Positions 18,325 to 26,914 are shown, numbered from the stretch's first letter. The stretch is DNA of 44,573 nt from Thermodesulfovibrionales bacterium (GCA_046292975.1 JBKBPW010000002.1:1-44573); one strand, 5' to 3'. Notes: generated from the letters alone by a model not told the origin. Numbers and translations: made by a program.

Positions 18325-18367
18325 TTGACAATCTTCTGTCACTTTATTAAAATGTGTAAATACACAT
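18325..18367 (+). promoter_or_regulatory. Near-consensus promoter with an overlapping palindromic operator, upstream of the DUF134 gene
   Basis: TTGACA at 18325-18330, a 17-nt spacer, then TAAAAT at 18348-18353. The palindrome ATGTGTA-AA-TACACAT at 18352-18367 overlaps the -10 box and the likely transcription start. Confidence 0.45.
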
Positions 18368-18387
18368 AATAAATTGAGGTCTATCTT

Positions 18388-18693
18388 ATGCCAAGGTATA
18401 AAAAACCACGGAGGTGTCACTGCCCTTTCTCAAAGCTACAGGGTAAAATATTCAAACCTGCTGGTATATCATCAGACCGCCTTGAATTTATTACCCTCTA
18501 CCGTGATGAACTTGAGGCACTGAGATTATGCTATAAAGAGTGCCTGACCCAGGAAGAGGCAGGCAAAAAAATGGGCATCTCAAGGGGAACTGTTCAGCGA
18601 CTCCTGAGCAGCGCAAGAAAAAAAATAGCAAGTGCCTTTTCAGAATGTAAAGGGATAATATTTCAAAAGGAAGAAAATATTAAATCCTCATAA
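18388..18693 (+). CDS. DUF134 (UPF0251) family predicted DNA-binding protein
   Basis: Begins MPRYKKPRR. Contains FKPAGI and an HTH-like segment (LTQEEAGKKMGISRGTVQRLLSSARKKIA), as is typical of DUF134. Confidence 0.8.
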   Translation: MPRYKKPRRCHCPFSKLQGKIFKPAGISSDRLEFITLYRDELEALRLCYKECLTQEEAGKKMGISRGTVQRLLSSARKKIASAFSECKGIIFQKEENIKSS

Positions 18694-18723
18694 GAGGCTT
18701 AAAGATTAAAATCGGAGGTTTTT

Positions 18724-19098
18724 ATGGCAGAAAAGAAATTTGTATTCATAGTAAAACATTCCTATGATGACCCTGATATTGCAGCAGGAGCAATGCAGCT
18801 CGCAGCAAACATGAAGGCCTTTGATGTGGAGCTTGATTTCTTTTTAATGGACAAAGGTGTCCTGCTTGCAAAAAAGGGATTTGCCGAGACCCTCACCTGG
18901 CAGAAAAGGGATGAGTTTTCACCTGTTGCTGATCTCATAAAAACACTTACAGAAGATTTTGGAGTGAAATTCTATATATGTGCCTCCTGTGTTAAGCACT
19001 ATGGACTTGATAAGGTAGAATTAATAAAGAACGCAGAGATAAGGCCGGGTTCTTTCCTTGGAGAGATGCTCCTCGAAAGGCAGGCACTTACGTTTTGA
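18724..19098 (+). CDS. DsrE/DsrF-like family protein
   Basis: 124 aa. The layout is DsrE-like: FVFIVKHSYDDPD, FFLMDKGV, and a conserved Cys region (FYICASCVKHYGL). Confidence 0.7.
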   Translation: MAEKKFVFIVKHSYDDPDIAAGAMQLAANMKAFDVELDFFLMDKGVLLAKKGFAETLTWQKRDEFSPVADLIKTLTEDFGVKFYICASCVKHYGLDKVELIKNAEIRPGSFLGEMLLERQALTF

Positions 19099-19760
19099 TG
19101 CAATGGCCGACTGACAGAGAATCAGCAAAGAGATTGCAGAAAGAACTTTCAACAAGGGTAAGGATTGAACCCTTAAAGAAAAATTTAAGATATATTGCAG
19201 GGGCTGATGCATCCTATTGCAATGACAGGATAATAGGTGTAGTGTCTCTATTTTCCTATCAGGACATGGAGCTCATTGAGGAGGTCTGGAGTATTGATAA
19301 AATAAGATTTCCCTATATCCCTGGTCTCCTCTCCTTCAGAGAGGGACCTGTAATTCTTAAGACCTTAAAAAAACTCTCTATTAAGCCTGATCTTATTCTC
19401 TTTGATGGTCAGGGTATATGTCATCCAGAAGGACTCGGCATTGCCTCACACATGGGTGTAATTACAGAGACGCCAACAATTGGCTGTGCAAAGTCACTCC
19501 TTACAGGCACCTATAAAGAGCCTGGTTTAAAAAGGGGAGACTGGTCTTACATATATATAAATGAAGTGATCAAGGGAATAGCACTGAGGACAAGAGACCG
19601 TACAAGACCTGTCTTTGTATCCCCTGGACACCTTATTGACTTTAAAGACTCATTAAAAATAGTACTGAATTGCTGTAAAATCTATCGTATACCTGAACCA
19701 CTGAGAAGGGCTGATATGTCTTCAAGGATAATAAAAAAGAACCTCAGCACCAATGGATGA
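19095..19760 (+). CDS. nfi: Endonuclease V (deoxyinosine 3' endonuclease)
   Basis: Motifs IAGADASY, PYIPGLLSFREGP, DGQGICHPEGLGIASHMGV and PTIGCAKS. Confidence 0.9.
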   Translation: MMQWPTDRESAKRLQKELSTRVRIEPLKKNLRYIAGADASYCNDRIIGVVSLFSYQDMELIEEVWSIDKIRFPYIPGLLSFREGPVILKTLKKLSIKPDLILFDGQGICHPEGLGIASHMGVITETPTIGCAKSLLTGTYKEPGLKRGDWSYIYINEVIKGIALRTRDRTRPVFVSPGHLIDFKDSLKIVLNCCKIYRIPEPLRRADMSSRIIKKNLSTNG

Positions 19761-20355
19761 GGCAGCAAAGGAATACATAATTGAATTCTTTTCAAAAAGA
19801 CTCATGCATTTTGGAGATAGCCCTGCCTCTGTGGGCTGGTCAGAAAAAGGTCAGCTTTTAAGATATGAATGTATAACAGGGCTGCTTTCCCTTGATAAGG
19901 CATCGGTCCTTGACTTTGGTTGTGGTAAAGGAGATCTTTACGGATTTCTTAAGGCAAAAGGGCTTGAGATTAAATATACTGGCCTTGACATAAATCCCTC
20001 ACTCATAGGACTTGCACGGCAAAAGTATAAGGATGTAAGCTTCCATACAATAGATTTAGATAAAGAAGAACCCAGAGGACTCTTTGACTTTACCATTATT
20101 TGTGGTGTATTTAATCTTAAGATAGATGGTGTGAAGTATTCTGCCTTCAAGGCAATAAGAAAACTGTTCAGTCATACAAAGAAGGCACTTTTATTTAACT
20201 GTCCAAGCATATATGCAAAAAACAAAGACATAGATCTCCTCTATTATGACCCTTTAGAGCTACTGAATCTTGCATTAGATATTACAAAAAGGGTAAATTT
20301 ATACCATCACCTTATAGAAGGTGAGATTTTTCTGGAACTTTCACGGGAGGAATGA
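19753..20355 (+). CDS. Class I SAM-dependent methyltransferase
   Basis: Motif [12 protein letters not shown] and GLDINP. Overlaps the nfi stop. Confidence 0.8.
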   Translation: MDEAAKEYIIEFFSKRLMHFGDSPASVGWSEKGQLLRYECITGLLSLDKASVLDFGCGKGDLYGFLKAKGLEIKYTGLDINPSLIGLARQKYKDVSFHTIDLDKEEPRGLFDFTIICGVFNLKIDGVKYSAFKAIRKLFSHTKKALLFNCPSIYAKNKDIDLLYYDPLELLNLALDITKRVNLYHHLIEGEIFLELSREE

Positions 20356-20357
20356 AT

Positions 20358-20855
20358 ATGGCTGAAGAGCATTCCTTTGATATTGTAAGCGTGGTTGATA
20401 TGCAGGAGGTATCAAATGCAGTTGATCAGGCAATGAAGGAGATTGGCCAGAGATTTGATTTTAAGGGAAGCAAAAGCAGTATAAGCCTTAATAAAAAAGA
20501 CTCAATCATCACCCTCATATCAGATGATGAACAGAAACTAAAAAGTGTTATAGATATTTTACAGTCAAAATTAATAAAAAGGGGGGTTCCACTTAAATCC
20601 CTTAATTATGGGAAAATAGAGCCTGCCTCAGGCAATACAGTCCGTCAGATTGTGACCATCCAGCAGGGAGTACCTCAGGAAAAGGCAAAGGAGATTGTAA
20701 AATTTATAAAGGACTTAAAGGTCAAGGTGACTGCAGAGATACAGAAAGACCAGGTAAGGGTCAAAGGAAAAAAGATAGATGACCTTCAGGCAATTATATC
20801 AAAACTTAAAGAAAAGGACTTTGGTATAGCCCTTCAATTCACCAATTACAGATAA
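20358..20855 (+). CDS. yajQ: YajQ family nucleotide / cyclic-di-GMP-binding protein (UPF0234)
   Basis: SFDIVS..D.QEV.NAV.QA.KEI..RFDFKGS is the YajQ N-terminal signature. The ATG at 20358 lies 8 nt after GGGAGG; the ORF track gives 20352. Confidence 0.88.
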   Translation: MAEEHSFDIVSVVDMQEVSNAVDQAMKEIGQRFDFKGSKSSISLNKKDSIITLISDDEQKLKSVIDILQSKLIKRGVPLKSLNYGKIEPASGNTVRQIVTIQQGVPQEKAKEIVKFIKDLKVKVTAEIQKDQVRVKGKKIDDLQAIISKLKEKDFGIALQFTNYR

Positions 20856-20894
20856 GTAAATTTACTGAGCAACTGCTCAGCAGGATGAAACTCC

Positions 20895-21092
20895 TCAAGT
20901 ACCGCCAGAAAATCCACCAGAAGAGTTGAGACCATAACCACCGCTTATAGAACAGCCAAAGGTGGATAGTTTTTTCTTTACATCCCTGGAGCCGCACCTT
21001 GGACAGGCTGTGTCTTTCTCAGAGGCTCCCATCTTCTGTAACATCATAAACTCATTGTTACAGGCTTTACATATATATTCATAGATTGGCAT
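20895..21092 (-). CDS. FmdB-family zinc-ribbon protein (CxxC_CxxC_SSSS)
   Basis: Begins MPIYEYICKACNNEF, contains CPRCGS, and has a Gly/Ser-rich tail. Confidence 0.85.
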   Translation of the reverse strand: MPIYEYICKACNNEFMMLQKMGASEKDTACPRCGSRDVKKKLSTFGCSISGGYGLNSSGGFSGGT

Positions 21093-21166
21093 AAGACCCT
21101 CCTTTGTTGCAAAGTTTCTAAACTAATTATAATAATTATTCAAAGGATGTGTCAACCTCTGGAAAT

Positions 21167-21338
21167 CAGTGCGACCGGGCAATAGTGAAGGCTGAAGAAA
21201 TTAGGCTGAAGGCTTAAGGCTGGGTGAATAGGTGAATAGGCCACTTCACCTATTCACCAATTGACCAATTCACCGCTCCACCAACGTAAGCCTAAAGCCT
21301 TCACCCATTAATGCATCTTTCTATCGGCAATTTACAGT
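21167..21338. repeat. Composite low-complexity intergenic element (same family as 3850-4065)
   Basis: A CAGTGCGACC start is followed by GGCTGAAGG/GGCTTAAGG units. GGTGAATAGGTGAATAGG faces TTCACCTATTCACCAATT. Box TTAATGCATCTTTCTATCGGCAATTTACAGT lies at 21308-21338. Confidence 0.85.
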
Positions 21339-21388
21339 GCCATTTAAATAATTGAATACCTTCCTCTTTTAGGTTTATACTTAAATTT

Positions 21389-23560
21389 ATGGAGCATAAA
21401 GAGGATAAAACCCCTGAAACAAAAAAGGACAAACTTCCTCTTGATGCAAAACTCCTTTCAGAGGCAGTAATTGAATTAAATATCTCCCGAAGAAGTGTAA
21501 GCCTCTATCCAAAGGAACATCCCATCACAAAGGAATCCCTTAAAAGGGCTTATGATCTCTTAAGTAAACTCTTTGAACTGAGACCGGATATAACACTCGG
21601 GATAGCAAAAGACACACTGGTGGTGGATGAATATACCCTTGATAAGAAAAATCCTGTATTCAAGGAGTTCGGGATAAGTCTCCATGAAAAGGGGATTGCA
21701 GCAGTAAGCTTTCAGTCAGGTCTGACTATTGATGAGCTCTATATATTTCATGAGTTAATAACATCAAAGGATGAGCTACAAGGTCAGACACTTATAGAGG
21801 CTGCATCAAAAAAGGGGCTCAAACACATCACCATATCCCCGCTTGATATATCAAGATTACAGTTTCTTGAAGGTCAATTGAGAGAAAAGGGGACAGGCAC
21901 AGTGGTTCTTGAGGATTATGTCTCAGGGCTTCTTGAGGGCAGACTCGCTGATGCTGATGCTGAAGGCGTAATCCTTATGAGCCCACCTGACGAGATTGCA
22001 GAGATATTGAATGAGAATCTCCAGCCAGATGCACCAGAAGAAACCTATGATAGGATCATAACTGCTTATCTCAGGAAAAAGGGAGAGAGGATAAGGAGTG
22101 ATATCTTTAATAAATTTATATCCCTCATAGATCATCTTAACCCTGAATTAAAAAAACAATTTCTGAAGAAATCTTTCAGCTCAAAAAGACTTGAGGCCTC
22201 AGAGATGGATCAGATAATCAAGGATTTGACACCTGAAGACCTTGACAGGCTTATGAGGATATTTGAAGAGCAGTCCTCGTTTATCCCTGATACCCTTAAA
22301 AATCTCATGAATAAACTTTATGAGACAAAGGGTGAGACAAAACTTCTTGAAATGATAATTGGCAACAAGACAGTAGTGCATGATTTTGAGCTTGATGAAA
22401 AGACAGTAAAGCTCTTTTCAGAAGACCATTTTGACACCTATGTCCCTGAAGATTATGTAAATGAGCTTGATGCAATGCTTAAAGGATTTGAGGGCAAAAA
22501 GACACCCCTCTCTGAAGAGGCAAAGAAGGCCTGTGAGGAAGGTTTTACAGAAAGGGTCATATCTGAGATAATAATAGAACTCCTTGATACAGGTATCCCA
22601 AGCAGAGAGGAGTTTCTCCAGTTATTGACAAGACTCTCTGATTTTATCCAATCCTTTCTTGATACCGGCAGATTTAATGAGATACTTGAGATATACAATG
22701 CGGTCTATTCCACCTCCCTTACAGGTCCCTTCAGAGAAGAGGCAGCAAGCATGATTGAGTTCTTTTTTAAATCAGAACAATTTATCTCAAGATTAATAGA
22801 TAGCTTCAGGCTCTGGGGAAGGCTTAACAGAGAAGGTGTGATAAAACTTGCTTATGTCCTGAGACTTTACATCATTAAACCGCTCATAGAAACAGCCATT
22901 CAAGAGCAGGATCAGGCCACAAGGAGATTCTATCTTTCCATCCTTTCAAGACTGGGCTCTGAAGTGGCTGACGAGGCCTCTGTGAGGCTTGTTGATAAAA
23001 GGGCTGAGGTCCTAAAGGATATGATATATCTTATCAGGGAATGCGGAGGGAAGAAATATCTCAAGTCTATCAGGAATCTCGCAAGGCATGAAAATGCAGA
23101 TGTTGCGCTGGAAGCGGTCAGGACCCTCTTGCACTTCAAGACAACAGATGCCCTGTCATACCTGAAACTTTATTTAAGGAGTGACAATCCTGACATAAGG
23201 GACATGGCTGTAAAACTTGCCGGCCTATACAGAGTCAAGGAGGTGGTACCTTATCTTCTTGAGCTCCTGGAGAAAAGAGATATACTGGGAACAGAGTCTT
23301 ATTACAAAATATCCGTTGTTCAGGCACTTGCTGAAATAGGAGACACAAGGGCAGTTGATATCCTCAGGAAGATCTATACCTCAAAGACCCTGTTCTTCTG
23401 GTCAAACCTTGAGGAATTAAAGGTTGAGATATTCAGGAGTCTCCACAAATATCCCTTTGAAAATATAAAACCACTGCTTGAGCTTGGATTAAATTCAAAG
23501 AATAAAGAAATAGCATCCATATCAAAAAGGCTCATTGAAGGAGGTAAGCAGGATGTCTGA
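21389..23560 (+). CDS. Uncharacterised 723-aa protein: N-terminal domain shared with the downstream HD-GYP protein, C-terminal HEAT/PBS-lyase-type repeats
   Basis: The N-terminus (SVSLYPKEHP...DTLVVDE...EKGIAAVSF..GLT.DEL) aligns with residues ~15-105 of the next gene. The C-terminus carries HEAT-like repeats (DIRDMAVKLAGLYRVKEVVPYLLELL; VVQALAEIGDTRAVDIL). Confidence 0.75.
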   Translation: MEHKEDKTPETKKDKLPLDAKLLSEAVIELNISRRSVSLYPKEHPITKESLKRAYDLLSKLFELRPDITLGIAKDTLVVDEYTLDKKNPVFKEFGISLHEKGIAAVSFQSGLTIDELYIFHELITSKDELQGQTLIEAASKKGLKHITISPLDISRLQFLEGQLREKGTGTVVLEDYVSGLLEGRLADADAEGVILMSPPDEIAEILNENLQPDAPEETYDRIITAYLRKKGERIRSDIFNKFISLIDHLNPELKKQFLKKSFSSKRLEASEMDQIIKDLTPEDLDRLMRIFEEQSSFIPDTLKNLMNKLYETKGETKLLEMIIGNKTVVHDFELDEKTVKLFSEDHFDTYVPEDYVNELDAMLKGFEGKKTPLSEEAKKACEEGFTERVISEIIIELLDTGIPSREEFLQLLTRLSDFIQSFLDTGRFNEILEIYNAVYSTSLTGPFREEAASMIEFFFKSEQFISRLIDSFRLWGRLNREGVIKLAYVLRLYIIKPLIETAIQEQDQATRRFYLSILSRLGSEVADEASVRLVDKRAEVLKDMIYLIRECGGKKYLKSIRNLARHENADVALEAVRTLLHFKTTDALSYLKLYLRSDNPDIRDMAVKLAGLYRVKEVVPYLLELLEKRDILGTESYYKISVVQALAEIGDTRAVDILRKIYTSKTLFFWSNLEELKVEIFRSLHKYPFENIKPLLELGLNSKNKEIASISKRLIEGGKQDV

Positions 23561-24644
23561 TTCAAAGGCATCAGAACTGATCTCCTCCATGATGACTGCC
23601 CTTTCAAACTGCAGTCTTTATTCAAAGGACCACCCCCTTGTTTCTGAGTTTTCAGAAAAGGCTGTGAGGATAACTGAGGAACTCTTCAAAGAAGAAAGCC
23701 TCAATCTCACCATCCTTGGAGATACCCTCATAATAAATGAAACCCCCCTGAAAGAGACAGGTGCTCATATACAGAATTTTATCAAGAAGATGAAGAAAAA
23801 GGGCATTGAAAGGCTCTCAATAAGAAAAGGCGTGGATATGCAGGAATTCAAAGACTTCATTTCAGCACTCAGTGGTTATGACAGGATTACCTCCACCCCC
23901 CATATCTCTGTCGGAATGGTTGAGGTCAAATTCAGGGGTGAAGGAATTGATATAAGCTCAATTGTCAATGACAAGATAGAAAGTGTAAAGGAGGTTTACA
24001 GCACCGCTCAAAGATTTAAAAAGATTGACATGGTCAGCCTTGAAGATGCTGTTGCTGGTTTTATATCTGCACTTAAAAGGGAAAGCAATGTCCTTAAGGT
24101 AATAAGTCCTGTTAAATCCCACAGTGAATATACCTATGTGCATATAACAAATGTCTCAATACTGACTATCTTCCAAGCAGAATTACTTGGACTCAAAGGG
24201 GAGATCCTCCATGAGGCAGGGCTTGCAGGACTTCTCCATGATATAGGGAAGACCTATGTGCCAAGAGAGATACTTGAAAAACCTACAAGACTTACACCCG
24301 GGGAATGGGAGGAGATGAAGAGACATCCCCTCTACGGTGCCCTTTATCTGTCAACCCTTCCAGAGATACCAAGGCTTGCGGTGATAGCTGCCTTTGAACA
24401 CCACATGAAATTTGATGGCACAGGCTATCCAGACACAAGGAGATACGGAAAGAAGCAGCACCTGATAAGTCAACTCGTTGCAATTGCTGATTTCTTTGAT
24501 GCCATGAGGACTCACAAGGCTTACAGAAGGTCTCTCGGTATCCATGAGGTGATAAAGATGATGACAGAATGTGCAGGAACAGACTTCAATCCTCTCCTCG
24601 TTGAGAATTTTATTGATGGATTAAAGAGGATACATGCCTTTTGA
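23553..24644 (+). CDS. HD-GYP domain protein (predicted c-di-GMP phosphodiesterase)
   Basis: HD motif GLLHDIGK, plus HHMKFDGTGYP (the GYP signature). The ATG at 23553 is preceded by GAAGGAGG; the ORF track start is 23535. Confidence 0.88.
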   Translation: MSDSKASELISSMMTALSNCSLYSKDHPLVSEFSEKAVRITEELFKEESLNLTILGDTLIINETPLKETGAHIQNFIKKMKKKGIERLSIRKGVDMQEFKDFISALSGYDRITSTPHISVGMVEVKFRGEGIDISSIVNDKIESVKEVYSTAQRFKKIDMVSLEDAVAGFISALKRESNVLKVISPVKSHSEYTYVHITNVSILTIFQAELLGLKGEILHEAGLAGLLHDIGKTYVPREILEKPTRLTPGEWEEMKRHPLYGALYLSTLPEIPRLAVIAAFEHHMKFDGTGYPDTRRYGKKQHLISQLVAIADFFDAMRTHKAYRRSLGIHEVIKMMTECAGTDFNPLLVENFIDGLKRIHAF

Positions 24645-25581
24645 TGGAGACATTATCCTCAGACTTTATGAGACCATACCCGGAAGATATGCTATCCAGG
24701 GGACTGTTTATTCAACCATTGCTGTGATAATAATCAATAGCATAAAGAAGTCCTGGAATATAAACTCTCCAGTAATACTCCAGAGGCTTCATTTTATCCC
24801 CATTGTAATGCCTCCTCTTACAATACCTCTTTATTATCTCCTGAATCCTTCAAGAAATTCTGCTGAATGGAGACTCAGGGCATTAGTTGATGTTGAAGGC
24901 ATATTGACTATTGAATATGCTGGAATAAATATAGGTATGGTAATACTATTTTTAATGATTCTTACGGCTCTAATATTCTTCTTGCAGGAGACCATCCCTG
25001 TTATAAAAAATATAACCATGACAAAAAGGGAGGAAGAAAAAAGGATTATTAAAACCTTTGATATAAATTTTTTTGATCAAAAACAGGAGGTGAAGATAAT
25101 AGAGGATAACGAATATATAATATTTTCCTCAACAGGCATAAGACCCTGCATCTATGTATCCACAGCCCTTATTAATGACCTTTCCGAGGAAGAGCTTGAT
25201 GCAGTACTTGCCCATGAAGCTGCCCATATCCTCAGGGGCAAAAGACCTTCATTGATTACTGTCTTTATCTTCAGGGTCATGATGTTCTTTAATCCCGTTG
25301 TCCTTATTGAATTCAGAAAGGCAGTTCAGGAAGAAGAAAAAATCTGTGACAGGATGGCACTTAAGATAACAGGAAACCCTGCAGCCTTCATGTCAGCGCT
25401 AAAAAGATTCATCCATGAAGGTAATGGAAAATCAGGTTCTTTTAATGAATCCAGCCATAACCTCCTCATAAAGGAAAGGCTGGAGGAGCTCAGCAGTATT
25501 GAAGAACCTGAAAATACAGGCATCTTACCTCTGGCTCTGGCAATTATATCAACAGGAGTGATAAATTATTTCATTGTATGA
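24634..25581 (+). CDS. Membrane M48/M56-family zinc metallopeptidase (BlaR1/HtpX-like)
   Basis: Several N-terminal TM segments. Contains the HExxH motif (LAHEAAHIL) and a downstream EEEKICD as a candidate third ligand. Overlaps the upstream stop. Confidence 0.8.
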   Translation: MPFDGDIILRLYETIPGRYAIQGTVYSTIAVIIINSIKKSWNINSPVILQRLHFIPIVMPPLTIPLYYLLNPSRNSAEWRLRALVDVEGILTIEYAGINIGMVILFLMILTALIFFLQETIPVIKNITMTKREEEKRIIKTFDINFFDQKQEVKIIEDNEYIIFSSTGIRPCIYVSTALINDLSEEELDAVLAHEAAHILRGKRPSLITVFIFRVMMFFNPVVLIEFRKAVQEEEKICDRMALKITGNPAAFMSALKRFIHEGNGKSGSFNESSHNLLIKERLEELSSIEEPENTGILPLALAIISTGVINYFIV

Positions 25582-26108
25582 AACCTAAAAAGGGAATAAG
25601 GTTTGCAGGAAGCCTCCTGTTTCTTATAATGGCCTTGATTGCCATTAGACATATCTCGGGTGTAGTTCAAAAGGAGAGTCTCAGAACTTATAAGGGCATT
25701 GAAGAGCTGCAAAAAAATTTTGAGGGTCTGCTTATCCCTACTTATTTCCCTGAATTCTTGAAATGGCCACCTTCAAGGATAGTTGCCCAGAAAAGACCAT
25801 ACAGGGCAATAGCAATAGAATTAAAGGATAAGGAAAATAATATTGCCCTTGTCCTCACAGAGTCTGAAAGGGAAGACTTTCGTCTACAGACCCTTTATAT
25901 TAAAGATCCCATAGAAACACTTGCCCATGATATAAAAGGTAGAAAGGCAATCCTCAGAGTTGGTAGCTGTAGCCCTGTCTTAAAACCTGCTGAAACAAAG
26001 ATCTGTAGCAATCTCTCATGGAAGGAAGGAGATTATTATATCAATATAACCATAAAATCACGACCCTTTGAGCTCCTCAAGATTGCCGAAAGCATGATTC
26101 ATAATTAG
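25578..26108 (+). CDS. Membrane-anchored hypothetical protein (single N-terminal TM; extracytoplasmic domain reminiscent of DUF4367)
   Basis: ATGA overlap with the peptidase gene. TM segment FAGSLLFLIMALIAI. The C-terminus (LSWKEGDYYINITIKSRPFELLKIAESMI) resembles DUF4367-type tails; this resemblance is from memory only. Confidence 0.55.
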   Translation: MKPKKGIRFAGSLLFLIMALIAIRHISGVVQKESLRTYKGIEELQKNFEGLLIPTYFPEFLKWPPSRIVAQKRPYRAIAIELKDKENNIALVLTESEREDFRLQTLYIKDPIETLAHDIKGRKAILRVGSCSPVLKPAETKICSNLSWKEGDYYINITIKSRPFELLKIAESMIHN

Positions 26109-26148
26109 TTTTCAAGCCCTCAGTAAAAGGTTAACTTTTCCCTTTCAG

Positions 26149-26185
26149 ATAGGATATTTTTCCCCTCGGCATAGGATATTTTTCC
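26149..26185 (+). promoter_or_regulatory. Perfect 15-nt direct repeat at 22-nt spacing upstream of the redox operon; candidate response-regulator site
   Basis: ATAGGATATTTTTCC occurs at 26149-26163 and again at 26171-26185 (15/15 identical). A partial inverted copy (TATCCT) lies near 26211. Confidence 0.45.
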
Positions 26186-26239
26186 AATTTTATTAACATT
26201 TATTTTTTGCTATCCTTGAATCAAAAGGAGGTGATGAAG

Positions 26240-26497
26240 ATGAAGTACACAAAAACAGAAAATCCCGCATCAGGGATACCAGCCCGGATGCCACCAGGTC
26301 TTTCATTGATAGTGGGACCACTAATCGGGTTTATCTATGTGGTCTTTCTTCCATTCATCGGCCTTGTGATGATGACAGTCCTTACGCTGAAGAAAGTGGG
26401 AATCAGCCTCCTGAGTCTTCTGAGGACAATTGCGGCCTTTGGATGGAGACCAATGGAGGCCTATCTGGCTGGCAGGAAAAAACATTCTAAAAAATAG
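26240..26497 (+). CDS. Small membrane protein with C-terminal FGWRPxEAYLAGRKK motif (paralog 1)
   Basis: The ATG at 26240 lies 8 nt after AAGGAGG (26225-26231); the ORF track gives a TTG at 26207. Hydrophobic core LIVGPLIGFIYVVFLPFIGLVMMTVL. Tail AAFGWRPMEAYLAGRKKHSKK. Confidence 0.6.
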   Translation: MKYTKTENPASGIPARMPPGLSLIVGPLIGFIYVVFLPFIGLVMMTVLTLKKVGISLLSLLRTIAAFGWRPMEAYLAGRKKHSKK

Positions 26498-26524
26498 GGA
26501 CATAGTCCCTGAAAGGAGGTAGCT

Positions 26525-26914
26525 ATGAAGACCTTATTTGATTTTATCACCCATGTGAAGGGAGTTGAGTACCTTATTGCTATATCCTTTATCGCCCTTT
26601 ACATAATCTATGCTGAGATACTGAAACCAAGGCCATTCAAGAGGCTTGTGGAGACAGCAAGAGAAGACATGGAATATATCAAAAAAACAGGTTACAGAGA
26701 GACTGCAAAGACCCTGCTCAAGGCAATATCTGCACCTTTTGTTGCACTTGCCTATGTGATAATATTGCCCTTCAGTTTCCTCGGAGCCCTTGCAATTGGT
26801 GCATACAATGGACTGATTACACTTGGCAGCAGAATAGCCATATTCGGATGGAGACCAACAGAGGCTTATCTTGCTGGCAGAAAGAAGAAAGAGAAAAAGG
26901 AGGGTGAAAAATGA
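26525..26914 (+). CDS. Small membrane protein with C-terminal FGWRPxEAYLAGRKK motif (paralog 2)
   Basis: GAAAGGAGG RBS. Two hydrophobic segments. Tail AIFGWRPTEAYLAGRKKKEKK. The C-terminal half parallels paralog 1 (YVIILPFSFLG vs YVVFLPFIGLV). Confidence 0.65.
   Translation: MKTLFDFITHVKGVEYLIAISFIALYIIYAEILKPRPFKRLVETAREDMEYIKKTGYRETAKTLLKAISAPFVALAYVIILPFSFLGALAIGAYNGLITLGSRIAIFGWRPTEAYLAGRKKKEKKEGEK

Noticed and set aside
20856-20894. CTGAGCA-AC-TGCTCAG palindrome between convergent yajQ and the zinc-ribbon gene as a terminator
   Set aside because: The stem is only about 5-7 bp with a minimal loop, and there is no flanking T-run on either strand. It is too weak to call confidently.
21321-21338. 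Conserved box CTATCGGCAATTTACAGT as a sigma-54 (-24/-12) promoter
   Set aside because: The GG and GC dinucleotides are 13 nt apart rather than the canonical 11 nt, and the flanking bases do not match TGGCAC-N5-TTGC.
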